From assembly GCA_964016885.1 (NCBI GenBank), contig OZ024743.1, positions 370,636,001 to 370,700,000 on the forward strand: a stretch of DNA of 64,000 bases, given 5' to 3'. Made by a program: the position numbers and the translations under genes. Below the pieces are notes generated by a model. The model was not told the origin of the DNA. It saw only the letters and a list, made by a program, of their open reading frames with translations, and did not search any database. This document shows positions 13,487 to 26,633 of the stretch, in pieces. Source of the stretch: Eledone cirrhosa. Lineage: Eukaryota. Numbering within the stretch: position 1 is the stretch's first letter; each line of letters opens with the position of its first letter.

Positions 13487-13651
13487 TATATTTGATATAT
13501 CTCATATGAAATGATACAGCCAATTCTCCACACAATACAATATAGTTAGCACCCCGAACGTTTAATTAGGAATATACTCAGATATTTCCTAATGTTTGTT
13601 GAGTGAGTTGGAATTTGGCCAGAGTATCGCTATTAGCTTTCTCCGTTTATG

Positions 13652-13696
<45 letters not shown>

Positions 13697-13699
13697 CAA

Positions 13700-14048
13700 A
13701 ATACACCCCCGTCCCACCACCCCCACCCCATCCACACAGCCCCTTTCAATGTAAAGTTATGTTGGTGCCACAACATCCAGGCCGAAACAAATGAGATCGT
13801 GTAGGTGTCACGACAAAAAACACACAGTCCACGCTGTAATGTGGCCGTGTAGGCAACACGGTAAAAACCTCCCAGCCCCACACTGTAAATGTGGTTGGTG
13901 TTAGGAAGGGCATCCAACTGTAGAAAACCCGCCAGACAGTCCTATGCGAGCAAGATAACCACTCTTGCCTCAAGTGGGAAAACTCCCGTCCAAACCCATG
14001 CAAGCGTGGAACATGGACGTTAAACGATGATGATGATGATGATGATGA
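13700..14048 (+). mobile_element. RTE 3'-end copy with (GAT)n tail
   Basis: Same 3' motifs as 6370-6812. Confidence 0.8.
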
Positions 14049-14399
14049 TATATTTATATGATTTCGAGTAATGCCATCAGTTGATAATTAAGCATGAGCA
14101 TCATTGACGTTGCTTTTTAATCCTGTTAGGGACTTTTCTCCAGCCAGCAATATCTTGCATCGGTAAAAATGTCACATATCAAACAATGCCTCTGCTTGAA
14201 GCTTCTTTAAGTGAGGAAAGTCTTTGCACTGGGCCAATCCCACTCTCTGAACATCGAATGCATTTTTCCAAAACTGTTTTACATCATTGAATGCAAACGA
14301 AGTTGCAGGTTTTATATCAGAGTGACCTCCTAGAGATGTCTTAATGAAGACTAGGATTCTCTCCCTCTACAAAAATAATATATATGTTGTGTATATATG

Positions 14400-14448
<49 letters not shown>

Positions 14449-14496
14449 ACATATACTCATATATATATATATATATATGAGTATATGAGTATATGT

Positions 14497-14680
14497 CATC
14501 ATCATCATTATCATTTCTGTTAAGCTCCAATTCTTCCATGCTTGCATGGGTTAGACGGATCGTCCATGCTGGCAGGCAAGTCTAGTCGTGGTTGGCTATG
14601 TTGCTCCAGCAAAGTACTGTAGATTTGGCCAGGTATTTTACAGCTGGATGTCCTTCTTAACACCAACCATATTTACAGTG
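14497..14680 (-). mobile_element. RTE 3'-end copy
   Basis: Reverse complement of the RTE 3' UTR; (CAT)n on the plus strand. Confidence 0.75.
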
Positions 14681-16020
14681 TTGGACTGGATGTCTCCGTC
14701 ATGAGGAGGGACAGGCAAGATGGCCATGCCAAACCCGTCTCACGGCGGAACCACAGTTTTGGATCCAGGCCTGTCTCATAATGGAACCATAGTTTAGGAG
14801 CCTGGTACTGGATGGCACCGATATGAGGAGCCTGACCCATCTCACAATGTAGCCACCCTTTTTGGTCCTGGTACTGGATTAAGAGGGACAGGTTGAGGAC
14901 CACAATTTGGGAGCCTGGCGTTGGATAGCACCACTATGTAAAGGGCCAGTTGGAGCCTGGTACTGGATGGCACTGATACGAGGAGCCTAACCCATCTCAC
15001 AGTGTAGCCATAGTTTTGTGGCCTGGTACTGGATGGCACCGCCATGAGGAGGGACAGGCCAATTGGCCGTGCTGAACCCAGCTCAGAGCATAACCATAGT
15101 TTAGGGGCCTGGTACTGGATGATGCCGATATGAGGAAGGATAGGTGTGGATTCACAGTATGGGAGCCTGGATCATAGCAGGAACACAGTTTCTGGAGCCC
15201 AGCACTGGATGATACCACTATGAGAAGGGCCAGGCCAATTTGGCCGCACCAAACCCTTCTCATAGCGTCACCCCTGTTTTGGAGCCAGGTACTTCTCAGT
15301 ATGAAACCGCATTTTGGAGCCTGGGACTGGATGGCACTGCTATGAGGAGAGACAGGCCAGTTAGCTGCGCCAAACTCTTCATACAGCGGACCTTCAGTTC
15401 AGGTATTGGAAGTTGCATGACTCCACCATGAAGATGGACAGGCCAATTGGCTGCACCGAACTCCTCCAACAGCGGATCCACAGTTTCAGGCCCAGCACCA
15501 GACCACACCTCTATGAGGAGGAACAAGCCAGTTGGCCCTGCCAAACCCTTCTCACAGCAACTCACCAGCTTCGGGTCCAGGCACTCTCCAAGCGACTGAA
15601 CCTTCTGAATACAAAACCACATTTTGGTTGAGTGGGACTGGATGGCACCACTATGAGGAGGGACAGGCCAATTGTTCACATTGAACCTTTCTCATAGCAA
15701 CACCCAGTTTGGGAGCTGAGCACTCTCTACACGACAAACCCTTCTCAATAAAAAAAAAAACCACCTTTTGGGAGCTTGGGACTGGGTGGTTCCATGTGCA
15801 GGGACATGCCAGTTGGCTGCGCTGGACCCTCCACAAAGTGAACCCTCAGTTCAGGTTTAGATCCCAGCACTGGATGACACCACTCTGAGGGGAGACAAGC
15901 CAATTTGGCTGTGCCGAACCCTTCTGACAGCGCCCCCCCCCCCCCAGTTTTGGAGCCGAGCACTCTCCACATAATGAACCCTTCATGAGATCCCATTCTA
16001 CTTCTGGAGCCCCACTCTAG
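14681..16020. repeat. Degenerate GC-rich tandem repeat, unit about 87 bp with partial units
   Basis: About 14 recurrences of GGAGCCTGGTACTGGATGGCACC...ATGAGGAGGGACAGGCCAATTGGC...AACCCTTCTC...AGTTT. Confidence 0.8.
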
Positions 16021-16029
16021 ATGAACGTG

Positions 16030-16175
16030 ATGAAACCCTCGTGGGCCTGCCTTCGACGTTCTTTCCTATTATATCATGCCTCCAACCATTATAGTGAGCC
16101 TGGGCTAGGTGTTCACACTCGGATACGATGTCAGCCACAGTCTCCTCTCTCTCTCTCTCCACGGATCCTACACAA
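16030..16175 (-). mobile_element. R4/Dong-like LINE zinc-knuckle fragment
   Basis: ETVADIVSECEHLAQAHY..RHD resembles ETVDHLVSGCKVLAPVEYKYRHD at 27424-27669. Confidence 0.6.
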
Positions 16176-16179
16176 TGAG

Positions 16180-18195
16180 CTGACCTCCTTCTTGTCAATA
16201 TGGTGTTTCCCGGAAGGATGTCTTTATATATCCTCCTGGAAAGTGTTTGCCGGAAGTCTCCACTGTCCTTGGGGGATTTTAATTTTAGTGTTGTGTATGT
16301 TTTTTGTGTGTTACGAGTGATTTGTATATGTGTGGATGGTGTGAATTTTTGGGGTGTTGTATAGTTTTTTTCTGTGATGCTGGTGTTGTGTTGGATGTAG
16401 TGTAATAATTGCTTGTTGTTCAAGTTTAATGCTGTGTAGTGTGTATTGGTTTGATTGCTTTGTTTTGTTTGCCTTTGTTGTGGGTTTGTTTCTGTTTCAC
16501 TTCTTGATTTCTTTTTTGTGGTGTTGGTGATGGTGGTGATGGTGTTGATGTTTGTGGTGATGGGGCTCGTGATGCTGGTGTGGGTGGTGGCATAGCTGTC
16601 TTAACTTTCTTGTTACTTTGTTTGTTTGTTTCGCCCTCTATTTTTTTTGTTTCTTTTTTTCCCAGATACAGTTTCCCACCCCTCCTACTCGTCACAATGG
16701 AATGTCCTCCATAGGCATTGGTGTTGGTTGTGGCATGGTGGATGGTGGAGGCACTGGTGCTACTTCTGGCTTGGTGTGTGGTGGTGGTGTAAGTGTTGCT
16801 GCTACAGTTGCTGCTGTCGTTGTTGCTGCCATTTCTGCTGCTGGTTTTGATGGTTGAGTCACTGGGGTGGGTAGGAGAGGTGGCATTAATTTTTTAGCCA
16901 TCCCCTGAGGGCAGAAGGCTTTCGGGTGGTTTTCCTTGCCACAAACGACACACCTAGACTGTCTACCTTCAACAATCATGGTGAGGTGGCTGCCATCATT
17001 GAGGTCTATCACCTCTTGGACAGGAGCTCCATTCCAGATCCGGACCAGTTCTCCTGTTTTACTCTAATCACCTTGATCACTTTTGTGTCGGCCTCGATGT
17101 CGGCAAGGACGGCAGCCATCAGCCAGGGAATTTCAATGGCCGGCGGAACCTGGGTCGCCCTGATTCTTACCAGCCTCTGACCACAGAAACTAGGGATGAG
17201 TGTGCACTCGTCACCTTTTAATGGGGCAATGGAGTGTCCTCTAGCTTCCTGTGGAGTTCCAAAGAACACGTCCACGGTTCCATATCTTTGTCCACGTATG
17301 ATGTTGGTTTTTTGAGTCCAACACATGTCCCAAGTCGTGATTTTATATTGATCGTGCAAAAAGATAAAGTACATAGGCGCCGATGCTCCATGGTATTTGA
17401 TGGGGGTGAAGCTGACCCTTAACCATATTTCTTTACCATTCGCTTAGATTCATTCAGTTCTTCCTGGCTTACCTCAATCATTTCATTCTTGTCGCTTCTT
17501 TCACAAAAGACACATTTGGTTTTGCACCGGTGTTGGTGTTATTGTTATTATTCTTATTGTTGCTGTTGTTGTTATTGTTATTTTTGTTATTATTATTTTT
17601 TGTATCAGTTGTTGCTGTGGTGGTGGTGGTGGTGGTGTCAGTGGCATTCGACGTGGGAGAATCCATTTTGGGAGAAACCAGTTTGATATCACAAGATAAA
17701 TTTTTTGTTTCAGTTGTTGCTGTGGTGGTGGTGGTATCAGTGGTGTTAGATGTACTCTTCGACATTGTGGTAGTGGAGATGGCGTCTTTCACACCTGAAG
17801 ACATTGGTAAAGGCGAGAAGTAACATCTGCACGTGGAAAACCTTGGTGACTGCTATTGCTGCTGCTGCTGTTAGCGAAAACTTTATCGGTTTTGGCAATT
17901 GTAGCAAGGATGACAATGGTGGTGGTGGGAGTAGTGTGTATGTTAAAGCTGATGTCACGAGACAGCTGGTTTGATTTGGGGAGGTGTATAGCGTCCATGT
18001 TTTGTTTTGTTTTTTAAATTGTTTGTTTGACAAAATAAAGTTTAAATTTTGGGCTCAAGGCCCCAATATTATTGAGTGTCCTTTTCAGAAAGCAATATAT
18101 ATGAACTTATAAACACTTAACAACAAAAATTTTCCATAACTGACAATTCAAAACAACTGAAAACAACAAACCTTTGTAGAGCTCACAATAATACG
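16180..18195 (-). mobile_element. L1/Tx1 family B remnant: 5' UTR and decayed ORF1, no ORF2
   Basis: 5' end GAGCTCTACAAAGGTTTG matches 61350; RGQRYGTVDVFF, CVVCGKENHPKAFC and QLLHYIQHNT match 61529-63515. Confidence 0.85.
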
Positions 18196-18199
18196 TTTT

Positions 18200-18600
18200 C
18201 CTATGCAACATACCAATAATATTTCTCATTCTCGTTCGTTAGAGTGGTAGTGTGCATTAGGGACACGTAAAACCTATACTTGAGTTCATCTGACAATCCA
18301 GATTGGGGTGCGTATGTGAATATAATTGTAGCTATTGTTCTATCTAGTACTTGTCTGAGTTTAATGATTCTTGCATTCACTCTTTTCACAGGGATTACAT
18401 CAATTTCCTTTTACTCTCACATCTCAACAATTTCTCTTGTTCTTCCGTTCATTGTGTTGATGGTGCCGATTCAGAATGTTGGCGTTTGACGTCAATGGTG
18501 GGGGAGGGTGGGTTTTTATGGAAGTGGGAGTGGGTATATGATTTCTGTATCTGAATTAAGGTTTCGCATGGTCACCTGGGAATGCGTGGGTTTTTAACAG
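18200..18600 (-). mobile_element. RTE-like APE fragment
   Basis: ARIIKLR...IIFTYAPQSG. Confidence 0.6.
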
Positions 18601-18803
18601 GGATGAAAGTTCGTCGATTTTATTTAGCATTTACGTTATTTGGTCATCAATTTAGGAATAAAGTAATTAAATGAAACATGCTGAAATATCTCATATGAAT
18701 GTCTATAATTTTCTCATCTTTATTGTTATGAGTGCATGTTACAACTTGGAAATAAGACATACCTTTTGAAATAATATAATATGTATAATTGGTATTATCA
18801 GTT

Positions 18804-18984
18804 AGTGGATTGGCAGTATCGGTAGAGAGTCGGACGCCATGCTTTTCAGCATAGTTACGTCCCTTTACGGTCTGAGTTCAAATCCCGCCGAAGTTAACTT
18901 TGCCTTTCATCCTTACGGGGTCGATAAAATAAAGTACCAGTAATGTACTGGGTAATTGCTGGCCTTGTGCCAAAAGTAGAAACA
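18804..18984 (+). mobile_element. tRNA-derived SINE
   Basis: A box TGGCAGTATCGG, B box and core; imperfect TSD ATTAT(C/T)AGTT. Confidence 0.9.
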
Positions 18985-19745
18985 ATTATTAGTTGTAGAA
19001 TTGGTGACGAGGTGAGAGAATAAGTTAGTCTCCATATGGTGTTATTGGTTTTCTGTCCTGAAGTTGAAGTCGCCTGAGAGAGAGTTGCTCTTAATATGTT
19101 CACTCCACATCGTGTGGGTGAAAATGAAAAGTGGGAGAAGGCAAAATTACATCTTAACTCCTGGACGGCTAGCTTTGTAAGAGAGCGGGTACTTTCAGTT
19201 ACTCAATTTATAGCCTCCATGGGACGTAACTCTCATTAACTCTCCTTCTCAACCCAAGCGGTCACTACCGGTTCCTATTTATTCAGGGATGTTCCATAAT
19301 CTTCGGCTCATCCATAGATAATGAGAGACAAATATTTTTCAAGGAGAGGAGGATAGGAAAGTTAACATTAGTAGTAGCAGCATTTGTTGCTGTGGGTGAT
19401 GGGTGAAGTTATGTGTTGCTGTGGTCAGTGAGTCTATGGTGGTGTGTGGGGGAGGATGAGAAGGAAATTATGAGATAGAGGTAGGTGGCCCGCATGGTGT
19501 ATTACGACAAATAGAAAATAATAGAAAAATAAAGAATGAATTATAGAGATGAATAAATATATGTATGTACATTTGTCTCTAGGAAAATAGAGAATTATAG
19601 AAATAATTACACTGAGCTCTAAAAATCTAGAAGTCTATCTGTTTATGAATGGCTGACATAGATAAAGATTATACGGACATGGTGAATGAATAAATGAATT
19701 CCGACTTGCTTTGAAGAATGAATGAATGAAAATATATCATGGTAG

Positions 19746-19782
<37 letters not shown>

Positions 19783-19892
19783 TAAAGAGGGGGGGGGGGG
19801 AATGAAAGAGAGAGGAAGGTAGAAAGATAGAAGTAGGTGGCCCACATGGTGCATTGCAACAAATATAATATAATGTAATGTATATAATATAT

Positions 19893-20590
19893 AAAATTTG
19901 TATTGGTGCTCCAACATAGCAGTATACACAGATATATACGTATTGTATATTGAATAGTATATGTGATGTTTATGAAAAACCTCTGAAGGCCCTTCACTAT
20001 GAATTTTTCAGGTGATAACCAACGTCATACAGTTAATCTCAACAATAGCAAGGGGAACTAATCGACACCGCCTTTTGCATTTACCAAGACTATATATCCC
20101 CCACTTCCATTAAGCTTAAAATAAGCTAGAATCTTATAGATTTTTGCTTATGCTTATGAGCTGATGAAGCCCATTTGCATATGGAGTGGTAGCCAACCAG
20201 GTATGAATTAAAAAATTTGTATTGGTGCTCCAACATAGTAGTATGCACAGATATGTACATATTGTATATTTAATAATATATGTGATGTTTATGAAAAATA
20301 TTTGAGGGCCTTTCGCTATGAATTTTTAAGGTTGTAAGCAACATCACACACCTAATCTCAGCAAAAGCAGGTAGAAGTAATTGACATCTTATTTCTTAAT
20401 CATACATACATGTGAATACCCGCTATGTTGGAGTACCAATAAAACAAATTGAATTCAGGTATGGCCACCTACTGCTCTGTATGCTAATAAGTTTCATCAG
20501 CTCATAAACAAGCAAAAATCTATAAGATTCTAACTTATTTTAACCTCAGCGGAAGTGGGAAGATATGTAGTGGTGATAAATGCAAAAGCA
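19893..20590. repeat. Direct plus inverted repeat module (period 320 bp)
   Basis: 19893-20070 recurs at 20213-20390; ~20070-20260 recurs inverted at ~20400-20590. Confidence 0.75.
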
Positions 20591-20617
20591 CGATATATAT
20601 TGTATATTATTCAATAT

Positions 20618-20659
<42 letters not shown>

Positions 20660-20978
20660 TATATTATATTCTTTATTATGACTAAGTGATGTCTTGTTAT
20701 TCTAAAGTTTCCCTTGTGTTTTCAGAGAGAATGCAGAAGATACCCTTGCATTGGTATTTCACATATATTCTGAGTGAAAATATTTTCTGTTATACCTATA
20801 AACAGTACATGTGTACATGTGAAACAGGAGGTCAAATCTATGTATGCTGGACCAGGATGCTGTAATGTAAAATAGACCCATTTAGCATGGGTGAAATATT
20901 TACAATGATGATGATTATAACAATTAGTTTATGCAATGATGATAATATATAATAAGAACAATATTTTCTTACTTCTAG

Positions 20979-21223
20979 CGACTATTACACTTATTATGTA
21001 AGAGTTGGATCCATTGAAAAATTTAAAGGAACAAAATACAGTGTGAATAAATACTGGCGTCATGAAGACTATGACTCCTATTATTTGGCAAATGATATTG
21101 GACTTATGTATATTTTGAGTGAAATTAAAACGTCAGAAGATGTACAACTAATCTGCCTTCCAGAATATCCAGCATCCAAAGATAATGAATATTATAGTAT
21201 TGGCTGGGGTGTAAATGAAAAAG
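20979..21223 (+). CDS. S1 serine protease, catalytic Asp exon
   Basis: ttctag acceptor; VRVGS..HEDY..ANDIGL..ICLP..IGWG; G|gtaag donor. Confidence 0.9.
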
Positions 21224-21356
21224 GTAAGAATATATATTTTCTACTAAAAATATTCAGAATATATACTTTATATAATTTGATTTATATGGTTATTAATACC
21301 ATATCCATTTGTTTGTTTGTTTATCTATCCACACATCTACCTATCCATTAATCCAT

Positions 21357-21950
21357 CCATTGAAAGGTCATGGGTGCAGAATCCTCAAGCAGGTCTTCTA
21401 GAAGTCTTGTCAGAAGCAATTGTCTCCAAATTGATCTGGCTGGATCCCCAAGTGTGACCAGCTGAGCTCATCAATGTTATCAAACTATCTTGCTTGGGGA
21501 CTACCAGCTGGTCTCCCGTCAGTGAGTAAAATCTGCCCAATGTTTCTTTCCTGAGACTCTCTAACCAGATATCCATAATATTGGAGCTGTGATCTTTCAA
21601 TTCGGAGAAGTAGCAGCTCTACCTGGAGCGGCTCTCTGAGCTATGAACTCTATCGAGTAATGTTACTCGAAAGACCCTTCAGGGGAACCCCATTTCAATC
21701 ACTTGTATTCATTATCATATTTGTTTGGTCATTACTCAAGATTCATGACTGTAAGGAAGGGTTGCCACGAATACCAAATTGAAGATAACGAGTTTGGTTT
21801 TTACACCAACCTCCCTTCTTCTGATAATCGAATGCTGAAGCTGGCACATTACCTCACCAGCTCCTGCAATTCTTGTACTTAATTCAGCCTCCTGATGCCC
21901 ATCACCAATGAACACAGCCTCGAGATACTTGAACTTTTTCATCTGCATTT
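21357..21950 (-). mobile_element. Intronic RTE 3' fragment
   Basis: KFKYLE and LPYSHES; (ATCC)n tail. Confidence 0.75.
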
Positions 21951-22091
21951 AAATTTAAAATAGATTTGAAATTTTATTTCAAGTATTATAAAATATTTTT
22001 CTTTCAGTTTTTTTTTGTTTTGAATTAAATGGATAAAGTTTAAAATGTCACAATAATGGACTATTTTTTTCTATTTCTGTTTAATTATTAG

Positions 22092-22225
22092 GCGAAAAAT
22101 TAATTACTTTACAAGAAGCAAAAGTTTATCTGATAAAAGAGAATTACTGCAAGAAATATTATCAGTTTTTACAAAATTCCACATTTTGTGCCAATCATAA
22201 CGAAGATAGTCAGCCAATTTGTTAT
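22092..22225 (+). CDS. S1 serine protease, penultimate exon
   Basis: tag acceptor; LQEAKV..C..FCA..ICY; gtaagt donor; phase matches both neighbouring exons. Confidence 0.9.
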
Positions 22226-22499
22226 GTAAGTTATATATTATTTATTCTTTTATACAGGGAATCTATAATTTATTATACTCTTAAGGGATTTCTTATACTA
22301 TAACAAAGTATTCAGTTTTTGGTATTGTTTAGCAGATTTTTACAGAATAAGGAGGTACATAGTCAGAGGCATTCAAACCCAAATAATATCATCTTTATTT
22401 AAAGCCATAATTTATCCCAGACTTAATTATCTTGCATATCCTTCTTTTTTGATATTATAGGTCCTGATTTGAAAGACATTTGGCTGCTATTTCTTGCAT

Positions 22500-22923
22500 G
22501 CTGTACAGCCATGTCATTGATTTGAAGGAGGAAAAAGTATACGATAGAGTATCTAGCTCAGAGATCTGTGAGTCGCTCCAAGTTGAGCCACTACTTCGCC
22601 TAATTGAGAGATCGCAGCTCCGAAACTATGGATATGTGGTTAGAATGTCTCTCCAGAAAGTATCACAGGACAGATTTTATGAGCAAAATCAAGTGGAAGG
22701 AGACCCAGAAAAAGACCCAAGCAAGATAATTGAATAATATCCATCAGCTCTGCTGGTCTCGCTTGGGAATCCATTCAGAACAATTGGAAATTGTTGCTTC
22801 TAACAGGACCCACTGGAGGGCATGCTTGAGGACTCTGTCCCAACGACCATCTCAGGAATAAGTGGGAGAAGAAGAAGAAGAAGAAGAAGAAGAAGAAGAA
22901 GAAGAAGAAGAAGAAGAAGAAGA
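22500..22923 (+). mobile_element. Intronic RTE 3' fragment with (GAA)n tail
   Basis: DRVSSSEI..VEPLL..IERSQLR.YGYVVRM. Confidence 0.75.
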
Positions 22924-23510
22924 CATGTTTAAGAATTTGCAGTATAGTGAACTAAATGACATGGTCAATGATAATGATTTGCAAGATCTATTAGGAAAAG
23001 GCTAACGAAGGAGCCTAGACAAGTTGCATTACACAATGCATGCACATAAATTTATTATGAATTTTCGTAGTTAATATTTACATCAGAACCATGTCATAAA
23101 TTACCAATACAATTTAATTTTTCTTCCTAATTTTTTGTAAATGACTTCAACTACTGAGAAGTCTGATGCTCAATAAATTATAGTAATATAAAGTATTAAT
23201 AAACAATTCTTTGTAAATTACGAAGTCTTTTAAAGTATATACATACACTTTCTCATTCAATCCAAACATTTTCACTCCTATTAGAAGAACCCCTCCCTGG
23301 TTGACCTCCATCACTTTCAGTTTGGATTTTCTGTCATGTCAGGAGTGTAGCCATACTCACTGTACTTGGTCAATTGCCTGTTAGTAAGGCTATTTAGCCC
23401 ATAGTTAGGGTGGATGGCCATTGACAGTGAAGAGTTCATTTGCAGCAGGGTCTGGTGAGGGAGCCAATTTAGTTGACCATACACTTTAATAACTGTTAAA
23501 ATACTATTAT

Positions 23511-23693
23511 TGTGAATTGGCAGTATCAGTAGAGTGTCAGACACCATGTTTTGCAGCAAAGAGTTACAACCCTTTCTGGTCTGAGTTCAAATCCCACCGA
23601 GGTTAACTTTGCCTTTCATCCTTACGGGGTTGATAAAATAAAGTAGCAGTAATAAAACTGGAATAATTGCTGGCCTTGTGCCAAATGTAGAAA
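23511..23693 (+). mobile_element. tRNA-derived SINE (intronic)
   Basis: Same family as 18804-18984. Confidence 0.9.
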
Positions 23694-24285
23694 TAATTAT
23701 TATAATATTTGAACCTATCCTATACCAAGTATTTATTATGGTTTACACATTCTATAGTAGTTATTAACCCTTGGGACAATTGATAAAATTTAATTCAAGC
23801 AGGGATGGGCAGTATATTAAAGGATCATGGCTAGAAAATGTTCCTTTCCCTTTTGATAGTTTTACAGATATGGAATATAATTATTTGACACATTATAGAT
23901 TTGCCAGTAAGTAGATGCACAGTAAAAAGCAGAGTATTTCAGACGTAAAGAGTATAAGATTTACTAAATTCATGTCATTTGAAAAAAGAGTTTGTCTGTT
24001 AATAGCATAAACAGTACCGGAAGACAAGGTACTGAAACTCTGGAATTCCATTTTGGAAATTTTTGCTAGTATTATAGATTCAATTATATATTATTGCTGC
24101 TGTTATTGAAAGAAATTGTTTTTAGTGAAAATTCCATGTTTTTATAGCTGCTGTAATGTTTTGTGATGATTATCTGATTTTATTTACATTTCATAATGCT
24201 GTAATGTAGTTGCATAATAATTATCTAATAATTTTCAAAGTGCTGTAATAATATTTGAATATTCTTTCTTTTTATTTCCTCATAG

Positions 24286-24447
24286 GGTGACAGTGGAGGC
24301 CCATTAGCAGGTCGCAATAAACAGGGTAACTGGGTCGCATATGGTATTGCTAGCTTTGGTAAGACTCAATGTACTGGAACTGATGCACATCCAGGAGCAT
24401 ATACTAACATCTATAAAATGATGGCATGGATTTCAATATATGTATAA
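24286..24447 (+). CDS. S1 serine protease, last exon (catalytic Ser)
   Basis: Pyrimidine tract and catag acceptor; GDSGGPL..W...GIASFG..C..PGAYT..WI then stop. Confidence 0.92.
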   Translation, partial: GDSGGPLAGRNKQGNWVAYGIASFGKTQCTGTDAHPGAYTNIYKMMAWISIYV

Positions 24448-25092
24448 CAAGCTTTATTCAAAATCTTTTTTTTAAATCATCAAAATTAATTAACATCTAC
24501 TACAATTAAAATTGATTTTATTAACTACTTAATTTTACAATTACTAATTACTAAATCTTACCTGGAGATTTAGGTTTGAGTTTCATCAAGTCCTTGCTTA
24601 GTTTTCATCTTTACTCTATCAATGTCTTTGCTGAATTTAAATATAAAAATACTTTGTTTCAGCATCTCTAGTTATATTATAAATTTATTAAAATATTAAT
24701 TATCAAAGAAACACTCCCAATCAAATGAAAGAAGTAATTATTATAAACATTACACAAGTTTACCCACGAAATTACATATGTTTAAAACAAGTTACTATAA
24801 ATTAAATTTAGCTTTAGATACCCAAGTTTACTGGAGAGCCTACAGATTTTCTTAAAAACTGCAGTCATCTTTAAGTTGTGGAGTTATATGATTTTAACTA
24901 CATTAACCTTTATGAAACAAAACCAATTAGATTTTTTTTAATAGTAATCATTCAGTTAGTTCATGTTCTTTGATAACTCAAGCTTTTAACTTTTACTCCA
25001 GATAAATTTTATCCTAGATTAAATATAATTGAAATATGTCTTCATGTGTAGAATCAATTAATTTACCATATATACTCGTATTTATATATATA

Positions 25093-25541
25093 CAGTATAT
25101 GCTTGTATATAAGCCGAGAAATATGTGACAAAAACATCTATGGTAAAATGGGGTTGCCAATTTCCATCAACTTCAAATTGTACATAAATATGTTACTGCA
25201 AAAAATTTCGCTTTAGAAGTGAATATTAATCTGGTTTCACTTTGGAGGTGAAATTTATTTTTCCTTTTACTTTTTGGTACGTTTTGAATGAGTATGGTCT
25301 TCAAAATAGTTGAAAATTGAGGGGGGGGGGGGGGGGGGGGAATAATATTCTCTAAACATTTAAAACATTTTAAATATCAAAATATTAACATTTCATAAAT
25401 ATATTCTCCACTTACAATGTTTAGATGCTGCTGTTTCAAAATTATGAGTTGATTAACTGCCTCAGCTTATAAATAGGGTTTGGAATTTTGCCTATTTCGC
25501 AGGCATAAAATAGGGGTCGACTTATATTCGAGTATATAAAG
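25093..25541. mobile_element. pogo/Tc1-mariner-type MITE
   Basis: Imperfect ~25-bp TIRs (CAGTATATGCTTGTATATAAGCCGA and TCGACTTATATTCGAGTATATAAAG) flanked by TA. Confidence 0.65.
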
Positions 25542-25829
25542 TACATGCTATATACAGGAAAATATTTTTGGTGATAGTTGATTTATATTTATATACTAAT
25601 TGTGTGTCAATATTAAATAATTTTCAGAAAACTTATTCATTGTAATATTAGTTGTTTTTATTTTTTGTATTTTTGTATTTTATATATGAATTTATCATAG
25701 TGTGTATAAAGTTGTCAGCATTGCTAGCATGCATCCATTTCAAAGGTATATTCATCTTATTGAGGAGTTGAATTTAAATATGCAACCTTAAAAAAGAAAG
25801 GTAAGGAGGAAAAAACAACTCTTGTAATC

Positions 25830-26370
25830 TTGATGTATAGAGTGAAGAGTTGCTGCACTTGGAATACTGCAGCATGTGTACGGAGATGAGGCGGTCACAC
25901 TCATGGATTTTCGAGTGGTACAAAAGGTGGAAGATGACCCCAGGTCTGGAAGGCCTTCAACATGCAGTACTCAGACCAACATTGAGCCCATGAGTCATGT
26001 GGTGCATGGCAATCGTTAGCCTGTTCGAGCAATCACAAGTGAGCTGGGCATAAGATCTGTGCTACTTTGTTGCTGAAGCTACTGAACAATGACCCGAAGG
26101 AGCGGTGCATGTAGGTGTGTCAGGACATCCTCTAGCATCTTGAAACCAAACCAGACTTTCTGCGAAGAGTCATCATAGGTGATGAGTCATGGATCTTTGA
26201 ATACAACTCGGACATAAAAGAAGCTGCCAAGAGGACGGTGACAATGGAGCTGCGGAGAATCCCGGACGAATTCTTCCAGGAATGCTTGGAGGCATGGCAG
26301 AGAATGATGGGAAAGTGCAATAGACTCGAGGTGGTTTATATCGAAAGGGGATAAATTGTAGTTTGTATTT
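25830..26370 (+). mobile_element. Internally deleted mariner transposase remnant
   Basis: FEWYKR, EDDPRSGRPST, IIGDESWIFEY and FQECLEAW. Confidence 0.8.
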
Positions 26371-26394
26371 GACATTTGTTTGCCGACCAGCACA

Positions 26395-26630
26395 GTGGTC
26401 TTTTGTGTGGTTTTCGCCACGAGTAACCCTCGGGGAATTTTTCATTGTTTCAATTTTCATTTTTATTGGTTATATATATATATGTTTCTATGTCTTTTTT
26501 TTCTTTTCTTATATAAATAATAAAAATCTTTACACGCACAAAACCCACATCGTACCGTCCTGTGCCGTCTGTAATGTTTTTCTTGATGTCAGCCCTTGAT
26601 GTCAGCCCTTGTGGCCAATAAAGAAATCAT
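26395..26630 (+). mobile_element. L1/Tx1 family D 3' UTR fragment
   Basis: Near-identical to 43500-43736. Confidence 0.85.
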
Positions 26631-26633
26631 CAG

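Noticed and set aside
14681-16020. CRISPR-like array
   Set aside because: Units are degenerate along their whole length with no unique spacers; eukaryotic context and no cas genes
18804-18890. tRNA gene
   Set aside because: The A and B boxes belong to a multicopy SINE head; no complete cloverleaf
20726-20866. Candidate His-containing protease exon
   Set aside because: It has an acceptor-like TTTTCAG but no TAAHC-like motif, and the most plausible frame has a stop
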